A stretch of 34,790 nucleotides of DNA, from positions 1 through 34,790 of the forward strand of contig JASLKH010000080.1 in the NCBI GenBank assembly GCA_030747675.1, in the 5' to 3' direction. Position 1 is the first letter of the stretch; each line of letters begins with the position of its first letter. Below, one piece after another: positions 16,401 through 25,671 of the stretch. The DNA is from Candidatus Thalassarchaeaceae archaeon (GTDB lineage: Archaea; Thermoplasmatota; Poseidoniia; Poseidoniales; Thalassarchaeaceae). A model generated the notes under the pieces. The model was not told the DNA's origin and made no database searches. It worked only from the letters and a program-made list of their open reading frames with translations. The translations under genes and the position numbers were made by a program.

Positions 16401-18053
16401 TGGCTTTAGATGCGGTTCTAATGCAGAAAGAAGAATTTTCATTAATTCCATTCCTTCCAATTCCACCCCAGGGGCGAATCGAATTGAAATAGCAGTCTTC
16501 GCTTCAGTTCCAGAATTTCTAATAGCAATTGAAATTGCACGACTTTCTAATTCCCCAGTTAGAAGTAATAATGATTGTTCACCTTCGATATTAATACGAT
16601 TTAATTTGCATTTGCACCATTCTTCAGACAATGAATGTGCTAAATCAGACAACTTATTTTCGCCATCCCATTTCTTTCGTTCACTTGGACTTATTGAAAC
16701 TCGTTTCTTCCAACCATTTTGAAATGCAGATGGGCCCACACTTTGCATTAAACAACCTCTAGCAAGAAGAGCAGCAAGCATGGTTCCAACCCCATCTCCA
16801 ACTAAACTCCAAACATCTTTCTTGTTAGAGTATGGCGATGCCAGTACTAAGTGACCTGAATCTTCGGATCCAATGACCGCAGGAATTCTCTCATCAAAAA
16901 AAATTCTTTCAGCGTTTGAGGAAAGTGCTGCAGAAAGCCATCGATCCCCAACAGCAGTAGTGATTGATTGATGATTTTTTTTCATCCGATTCAATCCAGA
17001 AACTAGACCTAGATCACTTTCTATGCTAGTAGCCACTTGCCAAGACCTCTTGTCAGTGATAGTAACAGCTCTGAGAATATCATCACATATTCGATCACCA
17101 TCGACCACCTTTATGCCATCAGATGTGGCTTCAATTAGAAGACATCGATCGCCATCTCCATCTAGAGCAGCACCAATTATTTGCCCCTCTTTCCAAGTAT
17201 TATCTTCAGACATTGCAAGTGCAGAAAGAAGATCGTGCTGTTTACCAAATGTCTCATCTAATAATTCACTTAAGGTCCAAGAATCAGTGGGGGATAAGCC
17301 ACCTGCCCCCCCATTTTGATTGATTGGAACTGAATTTCTACTTACTTCAATTACAGGTAAACCATAACGAACCAAATCATTTGATAACCAGTTACAAGTA
17401 GCCCCCCCTGAACTATCCAAAAGAATACCTTTTGATGGAATTACTTGTAGTGGTTCTAATTCTTGCAATTTAATTCCAAACAGATTTTCAAGCGAATCTA
17501 GTCTTTGTAGTATCATTCGTTTATAGAGTTCTAATCCGTCAATATCTTCTAGTGTTATACCTCCGTTTTGAGGAGTGGGAATACCACCATCAGCCAATGA
17601 CCAAGCAAGTGATGAAATACGATCTTCGGTATCCGGCATTGATTTGTACCCATTTTGATCAAATAATTTGACACCAGAATCAGTTGCAGGATTATGACTT
17701 GCAGTAACCATCATCCCTGCATCTGCACTAGCACCAAGAATTGCATAATGCAACCCTGGAGTGGGTAATTCTCCGATTTTTAGAGAACGACATCCTGCTG
17801 CAAGCAAACCTGATTCCAAAGCATCTACAAGTTCTGCGTTTCCATCACGCCGGTCCCAACCAATTAACACAAGTGGCGAGTCTCCAATTGTCTCACAAAG
17901 GTACAACCCTGTTGCTTCTCCAATTATTCGCATAGAACGATTACTTAGCACCCGGTTATCAACTAAAGCAATCAAGGCGCCTTCATCAGTCCCCTCAAAT
18001 GATTCAATCCTACCTCGAATGCCATCAGTCCCGTGGAGACGACGATGTGCCAT
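16395..18053 (-). CDS. Phosphohexomutase (phosphoglucosamine mutase GlmM-like)
   Basis: HGTDGIRG, catalytic TASHNP, metal-binding DGDGDR and GSEDSGH. Start set at ATG 18053, just after the stop of the upstream gene. Confidence 0.9.
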   Translation of the reverse strand: MAHRRLHGTDGIRGRIESFEGTDEGALIALVDNRVLSNRSMRIIGEATGLYLCETIGDSPLVLIGWDRRDGNAELVDALESGLLAAGCRSLKIGELPTPGLHYAILGASADAGMMVTASHNPATDSGVKLFDQNGYKSMPDTEDRISSLAWSLADGGIPTPQNGGITLEDIDGLELYKRMILQRLDSLENLFGIKLQELEPLQVIPSKGILLDSSGGATCNWLSNDLVRYGLPVIEVSRNSVPINQNGGAGGLSPTDSWTLSELLDETFGKQHDLLSALAMSEDNTWKEGQIIGAALDGDGDRCLLIEATSDGIKVVDGDRICDDILRAVTITDKRSWQVATSIESDLGLVSGLNRMKKNHQSITTAVGDRWLSAALSSNAERIFFDERIPAVIGSEDSGHLVLASPYSNKKDVWSLVGDGVGTMLAALLARGCLMQSVGPSAFQNGWKKRVSISPSERKKWDGENKLSDLAHSLSEEWCKCKLNRINIEGEQSLLLLTGELESRAISIAIRNSGTEAKTAISIRFAPGVELEGMELMKILLSALEPHLKPS

Positions 18054-18057
18054 ATAT

Positions 18058-18741
18058 TCACTCTCGCAATATAGAATCGGTTTCATGTGCTCCAGAAACA
18101 GTGATATTAGGCCAGACATTACAACCAGCTCCCAGTATAACACCTGGATTGCAAACAGAATTACACCCGATCTGAACATTTTCCCCAAGAATTGCACCGA
18201 ATTTTCTTAGTTCACTATCTATCGGATCCCCCAATCCCCGAATCCAAATATTCCGCCCATCATTTCGTAAATTTGAGAGTTTACATCCTGCACCTAAGTT
18301 CACACCTGAACCTAGAATGGAATCTCCTACGTAATTGAAATGCGGGGCCTTTGCCTCAGGCAATAGTAAACTGTGCTTTATCTCTGAGGCATGCCCGACA
18401 ACTGCTTTTTCACAAATCCAAGAATGACTTCGGACAAGTGCTCCATGACGTACTTCTCCGGAAATGTATGCGGGCCCTTCAATTAGAACACAAGGTCCAA
18501 TAGATGCATTTTTTGTTATATGCACAAACCCTTTGGATTCATCAATAGTAATTGTTTGAGACGCTTTGATTTCATCTGGAATGGATGATCCTAATACTTT
18601 CAATAGCATTTCTAATTGCTTAGCAATCCCTGAGTTTTCAGTTTTATCTAGCAGTGTCCAGATAGGCCTAGAAGTTGGCAATGTTAACCCCTCCACTGAA
18701 TCGCCAACAGAGGGAAACAGAGCTATTGCAGAGAGGTCCAT
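18058..18741 (-). CDS. Left-handed beta-helix acetyltransferase resembling the C-terminal domain of archaeal GlmU
   Basis: Hexapeptide repeats, IEGPAYI, EIKHSLL, APHFNYVGDSILG, NLGAG and RKFGAILG. No nucleotidyltransferase domain. Confidence 0.85.
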   Translation of the reverse strand: MDLSAIALFPSVGDSVEGLTLPTSRPIWTLLDKTENSGIAKQLEMLLKVLGSSIPDEIKASQTITIDESKGFVHITKNASIGPCVLIEGPAYISGEVRHGALVRSHSWICEKAVVGHASEIKHSLLLPEAKAPHFNYVGDSILGSGVNLGAGCKLSNLRNDGRNIWIRGLGDPIDSELRKFGAILGENVQIGCNSVCNPGVILGAGCNVWPNITVSGAHETDSILRE

Positions 18742-18792
18742 CAAGAGGTCGGACGCGGGATACCCGCTTGAGGCTTTGCGGAGAAAGCAATC

Positions 18793-20379
18793 TCAATTTA
18801 GTGCTTTAGGAGCAGAAGAAAGGACCCCCTCTCCGGTTCCTTTAGCAAACTGCACAAAGTTTTCATTGAACATATTTGCCAATTTGTCTGCAGTTGCATC
18901 AAATGCAGACGGGTCACTCCAAGTATCTCTTGGGTTCAATATTTCCGAAGGCACGTTGGGACACGACTGTGGTATTTCGAATCCAAAACGGCTATCAGTC
19001 AGAAATTCAACATCGTTGAGAGTACCATCAAGTGCAGCATTCAGTAGAGCCCTAGTCCAACGAATTTTTATTCGCTTTGACTTACCATAGCCACCATTAA
19101 CCCACCCTGTATTGAGTAGCCAACATTTAGCTCCATGTTCACTCATTTTTCCAGCAAGAAGGTTTGCATATACACTCGGGTGCATTGGCATAAATGGGGC
19201 CCCAAAACAAGCAGAAAATGTGGCTTGCGGCTCCTTAACTCCGACTTCGGTCCCAGCAACTTTGGCAGTATACCCTGATATGAAGTGATATGCTGCTTGT
19301 TCGGGATTCAACTTGCTGATTGGAGGCAATACTCCAAATGCATCACATGTTAGAAAAACAACATTTTGTGGGTGACCTGCCATGCTATTTTCTGTTCGGT
19401 TTGAGATGAATTCAATAGGATATGAACCACGAGTATTAGCAGTTTTGGACCCATCTTCAAAATCAGGAATTCCGTTTTCATTAAGGACAATATTTTCTAA
19501 AATTGAGCCAGGCATCTTAGTGGTAGCAAAAATAGCAGGTTCATCTTCTTCTGATAAATCAATTAATTTCGCATAGCACCCTCCTTCGAAGTTGAACACT
19601 CCATCATTCGACCAACCATGTTCATCATCCCCAACCAAAGCCCTCTTTGGATCTGCAGATAGTGTTGTTTTACCGGTACCAGAAAGTCCAAAGAAAACAG
19701 CAGTATTTTCTCCAGTAGTATTGGATGAGCAATGCATTGGTAATTGCCCCTTAATTGGTAATAGATAATTCATTATTGAGAAAATAGATTTTTTTATTTC
19801 CCCAGCATAGCGCGTCCCTCCAATAAGCACTAATTTCTGTTCAAATGAGACCATCACGAACGCTTCTGAATTAACATTATCACTCACAGGGTCCGCTAAG
19901 AAATGCGGTGCGTGCAAAATTGTAAATTCAGGAATATGTTTTTCTATTTCAGCAATACTTGGTCTAAGAAACATATTGCGTGCAAAATTTGCGTGCCAAG
20001 CATTTTCCGTCACTAATCGAATTGCTAATCGTTCATGAGGGTCAGCCCCACAATGCAGGTCTTGGACAAAAAGTTGATTTCTTTTATTGAGATAATTCTT
20101 TACTTTCTCTCGAAGATTATTGAAAATTGAAGTAGAGGTTGGGACATTAACATCACCCCACCAGATGTGTTCTGCAGATTCGCCTTCTTTTACAATGAAC
20201 TTGTCATTAGGGGAGCGCCCTGTGCGTTCTCCTGTTTCTGCTACCAATACATTGTGAGCTGAAAGAACTACCTCATCACGTTTTAGAGCAATTTCATACA
20301 ATTCTTCCCATTCTTGATTCCAGTGCACATGACCTACTGGTTTCAATCCATGGGCCTCTAATCCAATGGGTCCGTGCAT
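18793..20379 (-). CDS. pckA: Phosphoenolpyruvate carboxykinase (ATP)
   Basis: TGRSPNDKFIV, GTRYAGEIKKS, P-loop FFGLSGTGKTTLS, GDDEHGW, NFEGGCYAK and FSACFGAPFMP. ATG 20379 preferred. Confidence 0.96.
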   Translation of the reverse strand: MHGPIGLEAHGLKPVGHVHWNQEWEELYEIALKRDEVVLSAHNVLVAETGERTGRSPNDKFIVKEGESAEHIWWGDVNVPTSTSIFNNLREKVKNYLNKRNQLFVQDLHCGADPHERLAIRLVTENAWHANFARNMFLRPSIAEIEKHIPEFTILHAPHFLADPVSDNVNSEAFVMVSFEQKLVLIGGTRYAGEIKKSIFSIMNYLLPIKGQLPMHCSSNTTGENTAVFFGLSGTGKTTLSADPKRALVGDDEHGWSNDGVFNFEGGCYAKLIDLSEEDEPAIFATTKMPGSILENIVLNENGIPDFEDGSKTANTRGSYPIEFISNRTENSMAGHPQNVVFLTCDAFGVLPPISKLNPEQAAYHFISGYTAKVAGTEVGVKEPQATFSACFGAPFMPMHPSVYANLLAGKMSEHGAKCWLLNTGWVNGGYGKSKRIKIRWTRALLNAALDGTLNDVEFLTDSRFGFEIPQSCPNVPSEILNPRDTWSDPSAFDATADKLANMFNENFVQFAKGTGEGVLSSAPKALN

Positions 20380-20550
20380 ATTAGCACACCCAATATGGGG
20401 GAGCGGCATACTATCGTCGCCCTGACGGACGTTTATAGTGCATTTCGGAAAGAATAGTGGTATCCCGATTCAAAAAAACATCTCGTGTTAATGGGAAATA
20501 AGGATAATACCATCCAATGTGTTATTGTTCCATCTAGTTTGGCAAAGGGC

Positions 20551-23500
20551 ATGGCGGAGGAAGAGAAAGGAGAGCAACCTCCATCTTCTGTCAAAGATCG
20601 AATCATCGATAAACGAGCTTTTTCCATAAAAGGCGGCATTAATATTGATGCATTTCTTTCAGATGATAAATTAAATTCGGCTAAAAAACCAGCAGAAATT
20701 GGTGCCTCACCAACCGATGCAACCCTAGGAGCCCTTCCTGAAATGAGTGAAGTTACAGAAGAGGATGAGGCTGTAGGGGATATTTTCGATCCATTTGAGA
20801 GAGAAGTGGGGCCCCAGCCGGGGGATATTTTGAGTGATGGGACTGTATACATGGTTCCAGAAACGGATACTATTACGGAAATTGCTGTTGAAGGAGAACG
20901 ACGGTTACATTGGGCCCTGATGGTAACAATGATTTTTGTTTACAGTTTGGTTGGATGGCTCGTTGCAACGGCTCTTTCTCCAATAACGGCTACTGCTGGA
21001 TTAATTGGATTGGCAAGTTTAGGATTTGTATTGGGTGAGCGATGGATTCCGGACAATGGAATGCATTTGCTTGGAGTAACATGGGTCATTATTTCAATGA
21101 AGTTACTTTATGGATTAGTAATAGATGCTCATCATTGGGGTTGGATTGATACTCAATCATTGGGTATATTATTGATCACATTGGTTGGAGTAAACATTCT
21201 ATTGGGGTACCGCCATGAACATGATGCAATAATGGCGCAAGCAACTCTAGTATCGCTAGCAATAGCCTCTGCTGCGGGTTCTATTGGAGGAGAGTTGGGA
21301 GTCGCAGTAATGATTCTACTTGCAACAATGTTGTTGCATGGACTCGCATTACATCGTCAAAGTGGAAACTTGGCCTCTTTAGGAATTGCCACTAGCCACC
21401 TTTGGGTTGGCCTTCATGCAATTCAATCAAAACCACTTCAAATTGGCGCATTAGAGATTTTACCATTACATGATCCAATGCCTCTTTTTCTTCTAACATT
21501 GGCAGTAACAGGGGTTAATGGAGCCATGGCTGCCCGATTTGCAAGGGAAGAAAATTGGTTTAGTAAAGGAATTTCAATTATTGGCCTTGGAAGGCCAGGT
21601 TTGTGGGGTGTTTCAGTCGGCCTCGGCATGATTGGCGGATTTTTGTTGCTGGCTAGCGGCCGCGATACTACGGGTTACGCATTGGGAATATTGATGACAT
21701 TACTTGCAGTTTACAGCGGTTCCTATCTTGTTGTAAGGGGCGTTGAAGCAATGCAGGTGCTGAAGCCTCTTTGTGCATCACTACCATTCTTGCTCGCGAC
21801 CTTGATTCTGCAAGAAACAAACAGTCAAGTGCCTCTTTCTGGTTACGAATGTTTTGCGATACTTTCAGCAATTGTTGCAATTGGAATTTTACTGAAGCAC
21901 CAATCAAATGTCACAGATCGAGTTCTTTGGATCGGTAGCTTGGTTCTAATGTTGTTACTGATAATATTGATTCCATCTGAAACTATTTCAGAGGGTGGAG
22001 ATGAAGGATTGTTACTACTCTCATCATTTGCAATTTTACATTTGGCCACAGCAGTGTTAGCAATTCGGCGGGATTCACCCAGCATTGCAGGAGTAACGGT
22101 TCTTGCACCATGGATGTGGATGTTTATACATCGATTATGGACGAGTTCACTACACAATTTCTCTCAAGCCAGAAACATTGACATTAGTAAATGGGATACA
22201 ATATACCTTGATCCAAATTATGTTGTATTTTATCTTGCAATTGCAACATTATTACAATATCCGGTAAACCTTCGTCTTGGGGATACTGGTGTTAATTTAG
22301 CAGGCAAATTAGTGGGTGCCTCAGAATTATCGGCAAGATTGCGTGACTCTGGAGCACTTAAATTATGGAATTTAGGATTAATATCTGGATTAGCAGTTTG
22401 GTTAATGATATTCAATACAATCGATGAAATAGGGTGGTATGCTATTGTTGCCTTTTCCACTTTAGCAGCAGTACATGTTGGTGCAGAGGCTCAAGGGAAA
22501 CATCAGGGCAATCCTCGTCTGATTTTGATATTATTAGCAATTGTACTGGTTATCTTACAATGGAATTTAGGGTTAAGTGGAATCTGGGTAATAATTTTGA
22601 CTATTTCGTCGTTAATTATAGCATATTCTCGCAGTAAAGAAGGTCCAAACTCTGCCCTATTATCACTCATCATGTCATTACTTGCTTTACAGATTGCCCT
22701 TTTCGCATTGGATAGAAACATATCTTCCTCCTTAATTGATCCCGAGCCGTTTTCTCGAACTGAAACTGGAATAGTAATGCTGGCTTCAGGTATATCCTTG
22801 TTGGTAGTCTATCTTCCAAGAGCAAGTGAATTGGAGAAAATTTTGCAACCTGCGATTGCTGCTGTTACAATGCTAAGCGTCCTCATATGGGCAGTGTCAT
22901 CACAAGAAATTCATTGGTCACAATCAACTATTGCTATTGCACTTTTTGTCATTACGGCAATGTTCCTTGCAGCCCAAGGTGAACTAAGATCTGAATTAAA
23001 ACAGGTCAGTAAACGAGAATTACGATTACAATCGATGATGCGGAAAAGGCAAATTGCTGAGATAATTACAACAGAGAGCTCGGGTCGAGAAGTATCAACC
23101 CAATTGGTGTCGACAAATTCAGATTTGAGTGTCACAGATGGGTTACCTGAGTTACTACCCCCTATGCGAAATGGAATTGAATTAGCGGTAAATGAAGAAC
23201 AAACCCCATTGGATTTAGAGCATAACTCACAATTATTCCATTTCGCTGATGAGAATTTAGCGAAGAAAGCAGCAGAAGATCCAACTGGGGAATTAGCCCG
23301 TTCAATATCTCAAGCTATTTCTACTGGGAATGTAAAAATGGCAGATTCAGAGTTATATTCACTCATTGAGAAGCAGAGAAAGAGAAGGCGCAGGTCGGGA
23401 GCACAGGGATCTGAGCAGATGGATTTGTTAATTGGCGATATCCATCACCGACCGGTAATTGTCATTTCTTTTATTGTAGTAACAGCGTTAGCAGCATCTT

Positions 23501-24639
23501 GGTTTGCTTGGTTCGATGGCACATTGAATTCAGGTTTACTAATGTTAGTTACCATATTCGCTCTTTCATTAACTTGGATATCAAGACAACGGGCTAAAGT
23601 CCAAAACCTTAGAATGCCTGATTTGATGGGAATCGAAACACCTTTTGCAGTAACAATGATTGCATTGGGACTGATATATTTGGTAGGCCATTTCGGAAAT
23701 TTTAGTTCGCCATATGCACAATTGGATTTACTTGTTTTGTCCTTCGCTTTAGTATCACTAAGTGGGATTTCACTTTATGGTCGTCAAGATTTAGCCTGGA
23801 GAATACCTAGTGCAATCGAATGGGTTTTACTAGTTTTAATGATGACTCGAGCATTCGGAGCAATATTCTACAATGCAGTCCCATTCCCATTGAGTGTTGA
23901 CCCACTTGATTCAGGGTATCCCACAATTGATTGGATGTTACCTTGGCTTTTCCATGAAGGTGTGTTGCTATTATTGGTATGTGTATGGGAATGGATTGAA
24001 GGCTATCGACGAAAGAGTAGCATGGGGGATCATAGGGGTGCAGCGGGTCGAGGTTTCTTTGCATTAAGCGTAGTCTTTGTGTCAACAGGTCCAGCAGGAT
24101 TTCTTGCATCCATCTTTTGTCTTCGCAGATCTTTTGATTGGAAACAACCTGCTGGTGCAGCAATAGCGATACATGCTACTTTAGCCTCACTTTTAGCCTT
24201 CAGAGCATGGACAGAATCAAATTTGTATCAATCAACCTTGGAATGGGTTGTGTTAGGTTCAGCGATCATAATGGTTGCAGCCCATGTGTATACTGTTTTC
24301 ATGAATTTACCAAAATGGACAACAGCATGGTTGTGGAACGCACATATTTTGCTCCCTATTGGGATATTGGCAATTGTTGGTTGGTCGTATTGGTTAGTTA
24401 TTGGTTGTTTATTACTGTCATTGGTTACATGGGTTGGCGGAATTCTACAATTGCGTAGAGGAATGCGTGTCGCTGGTGCATTTGACCTTGCTCTTTCAAT
24501 TGCGATATGGCTCTTGATTATGCAAGATGATGTTCTTAATTCACAAAATATACTTGTCATGCTTTTGGCCCTAGGAATTGAATTAGGAATAGTTGCTTGG
24601 TTGGGCACTCGCCACCAATTGCAGTTATCCCAAGATTAA
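20551..24639 (+). CDS. Very large polytopic membrane protein of unknown function
   Basis: About 1360 aa. Acidic soluble N-terminus, then two long blocks of closely spaced hydrophobic segments separated by a charged soluble region (~22980-23460). ATG 20551 preferred. Confidence 0.85.
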   Translation: MAEEEKGEQPPSSVKDRIIDKRAFSIKGGINIDAFLSDDKLNSAKKPAEIGASPTDATLGALPEMSEVTEEDEAVGDIFDPFEREVGPQPGDILSDGTVYMVPETDTITEIAVEGERRLHWALMVTMIFVYSLVGWLVATALSPITATAGLIGLASLGFVLGERWIPDNGMHLLGVTWVIISMKLLYGLVIDAHHWGWIDTQSLGILLITLVGVNILLGYRHEHDAIMAQATLVSLAIASAAGSIGGELGVAVMILLATMLLHGLALHRQSGNLASLGIATSHLWVGLHAIQSKPLQIGALEILPLHDPMPLFLLTLAVTGVNGAMAARFAREENWFSKGISIIGLGRPGLWGVSVGLGMIGGFLLLASGRDTTGYALGILMTLLAVYSGSYLVVRGVEAMQVLKPLCASLPFLLATLILQETNSQVPLSGYECFAILSAIVAIGILLKHQSNVTDRVLWIGSLVLMLLLIILIPSETISEGGDEGLLLLSSFAILHLATAVLAIRRDSPSIAGVTVLAPWMWMFIHRLWTSSLHNFSQARNIDISKWDTIYLDPNYVVFYLAIATLLQYPVNLRLGDTGVNLAGKLVGASELSARLRDSGALKLWNLGLISGLAVWLMIFNTIDEIGWYAIVAFSTLAAVHVGAEAQGKHQGNPRLILILLAIVLVILQWNLGLSGIWVIILTISSLIIAYSRSKEGPNSALLSLIMSLLALQIALFALDRNISSSLIDPEPFSRTETGIVMLASGISLLVVYLPRASELEKILQPAIAAVTMLSVLIWAVSSQEIHWSQSTIAIALFVITAMFLAAQGELRSELKQVSKRELRLQSMMRKRQIAEIITTESSGREVSTQLVSTNSDLSVTDGLPELLPPMRNGIELAVNEEQTPLDLEHNSQLFHFADENLAKKAAEDPTGELARSISQAISTGNVKMADSELYSLIEKQRKRRRRSGAQGSEQMDLLIGDIHHRPVIVISFIVVTALAASWFAWFDGTLNSGLLMLVTIFALSLTWISRQRAKVQNLRMPDLMGIETPFAVTMIALGLIYLVGHFGNFSSPYAQLDLLVLSFALVSLSGISLYGRQDLAWRIPSAIEWVLLVLMMTRAFGAIFYNAVPFPLSVDPLDSGYPTIDWMLPWLFHEGVLLLLVCVWEWIEGYRRKSSMGDHRGAAGRGFFALSVVFVSTGPAGFLASIFCLRRSFDWKQPAGAAIAIHATLASLLAFRAWTESNLYQSTLEWVVLGSAIIMVAAHVYTVFMNLPKWTTAWLWNAHILLPIGILAIVGWSYWLVIGCLLLSLVTWVGGILQLRRGMRVAGAFDLALSIAIWLLIMQDDVLNSQNILVMLLALGIELGIVAWLGTRHQLQLSQD

Positions 24640-24699
24640 GTGGAATTCACGAATAAAAGCGTGCGAACGTTGATGCAGGGGAGCCCTTGAAGGCACTAT

Positions 24700-25671
24700 G
24701 TGAGCGGCTCTTGGATATCAGATCGTCCTGAGGCGGAAGAACATCCAGTTGTGCCTTTAGGTTTCAATGAAATGGCTGTACCAAGAATGGCAATCCTAAC
24801 AAGTATAGGAACAGTAATTGTCATTTTAGTGGCCTCGATTTGGATTGGAATTGGAACATGGTCCTTTTTGAATCAATTTGATAATACTTTTTCTTCAAAT
24901 GCAGTAAACGAAGATGATATTCGAGTAAATGGTCGATGGACATGGGAAGCAACATTACTTTTTGATGAATGTGATTCAAGAGATGGAGATTGGAACTGGC
25001 CAAGCAATTTATCATCCCAAGATGATACATTTTGGTTTCCAGGAGAGTTAGAATGTGTGTGGGCCCATCAAGGTCAAGGCGATTATGCCCACCTAGCGAT
25101 TCATAATGTTGATGATAGCAATGTTTTACCCTTGGCCCTTGAAGTAAATCATGAAGCAATCAGTATTGATGGCCAAGGCCAAGGGATATTACTTCAAATT
25201 GAAGCAGGTGATGCAGTTGTATTGCCTCTAAGACTAGAGGCAGATGTGGATGAAACCCTATTCACAATCAGTGCATCCCACGTTTCACTCTCTGAAGCTG
25301 TAGTACAACTTGATGTTGATTTGTACAATGATGGTAGCGACAAAGATAGACATGCACGTAATGAAAGGTTGAATGTAGCATATACAGTTTGGAATGCAGA
25401 TAGCGATGAGGAATTAGATTCAGGAATTTTGCCTGCAACCGCTGGAGAAGACCCAATGTGTAATACACCAATACCATGGGTTTGCTATATCGAGGGATTT
25501 GGCTGGGGGTTGGTTGGTTTAGATGCTGATGTGCTTGAATCAGCGACTCTTTCGGGAACCACTCACACAATTTTACTACCCCCAGACTTAGCCTATGGAA
25601 ATAGTCAGGGGCATGAATTGCAAGATAGCTGGTTGCGATTTGAGCTAGAATTGGAGCAGATTTTTCTCTGA
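24700..25671 (+). CDS. Membrane-anchored protein with C-terminal FKBP-type PPIase-like domain
   Basis: Single N-terminal TM (IGTVIVILVASIWIGIG). C-terminal LNVAYTV...LDSG...IEGFGWGLVG...ILLPPDLAYG...LRFELEL pattern matches the FKBP fold. Confidence 0.7.
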   Translation: MSGSWISDRPEAEEHPVVPLGFNEMAVPRMAILTSIGTVIVILVASIWIGIGTWSFLNQFDNTFSSNAVNEDDIRVNGRWTWEATLLFDECDSRDGDWNWPSNLSSQDDTFWFPGELECVWAHQGQGDYAHLAIHNVDDSNVLPLALEVNHEAISIDGQGQGILLQIEAGDAVVLPLRLEADVDETLFTISASHVSLSEAVVQLDVDLYNDGSDKDRHARNERLNVAYTVWNADSDEELDSGILPATAGEDPMCNTPIPWVCYIEGFGWGLVGLDADVLESATLSGTTHTILLPPDLAYGNSQGHELQDSWLRFELELEQIFL

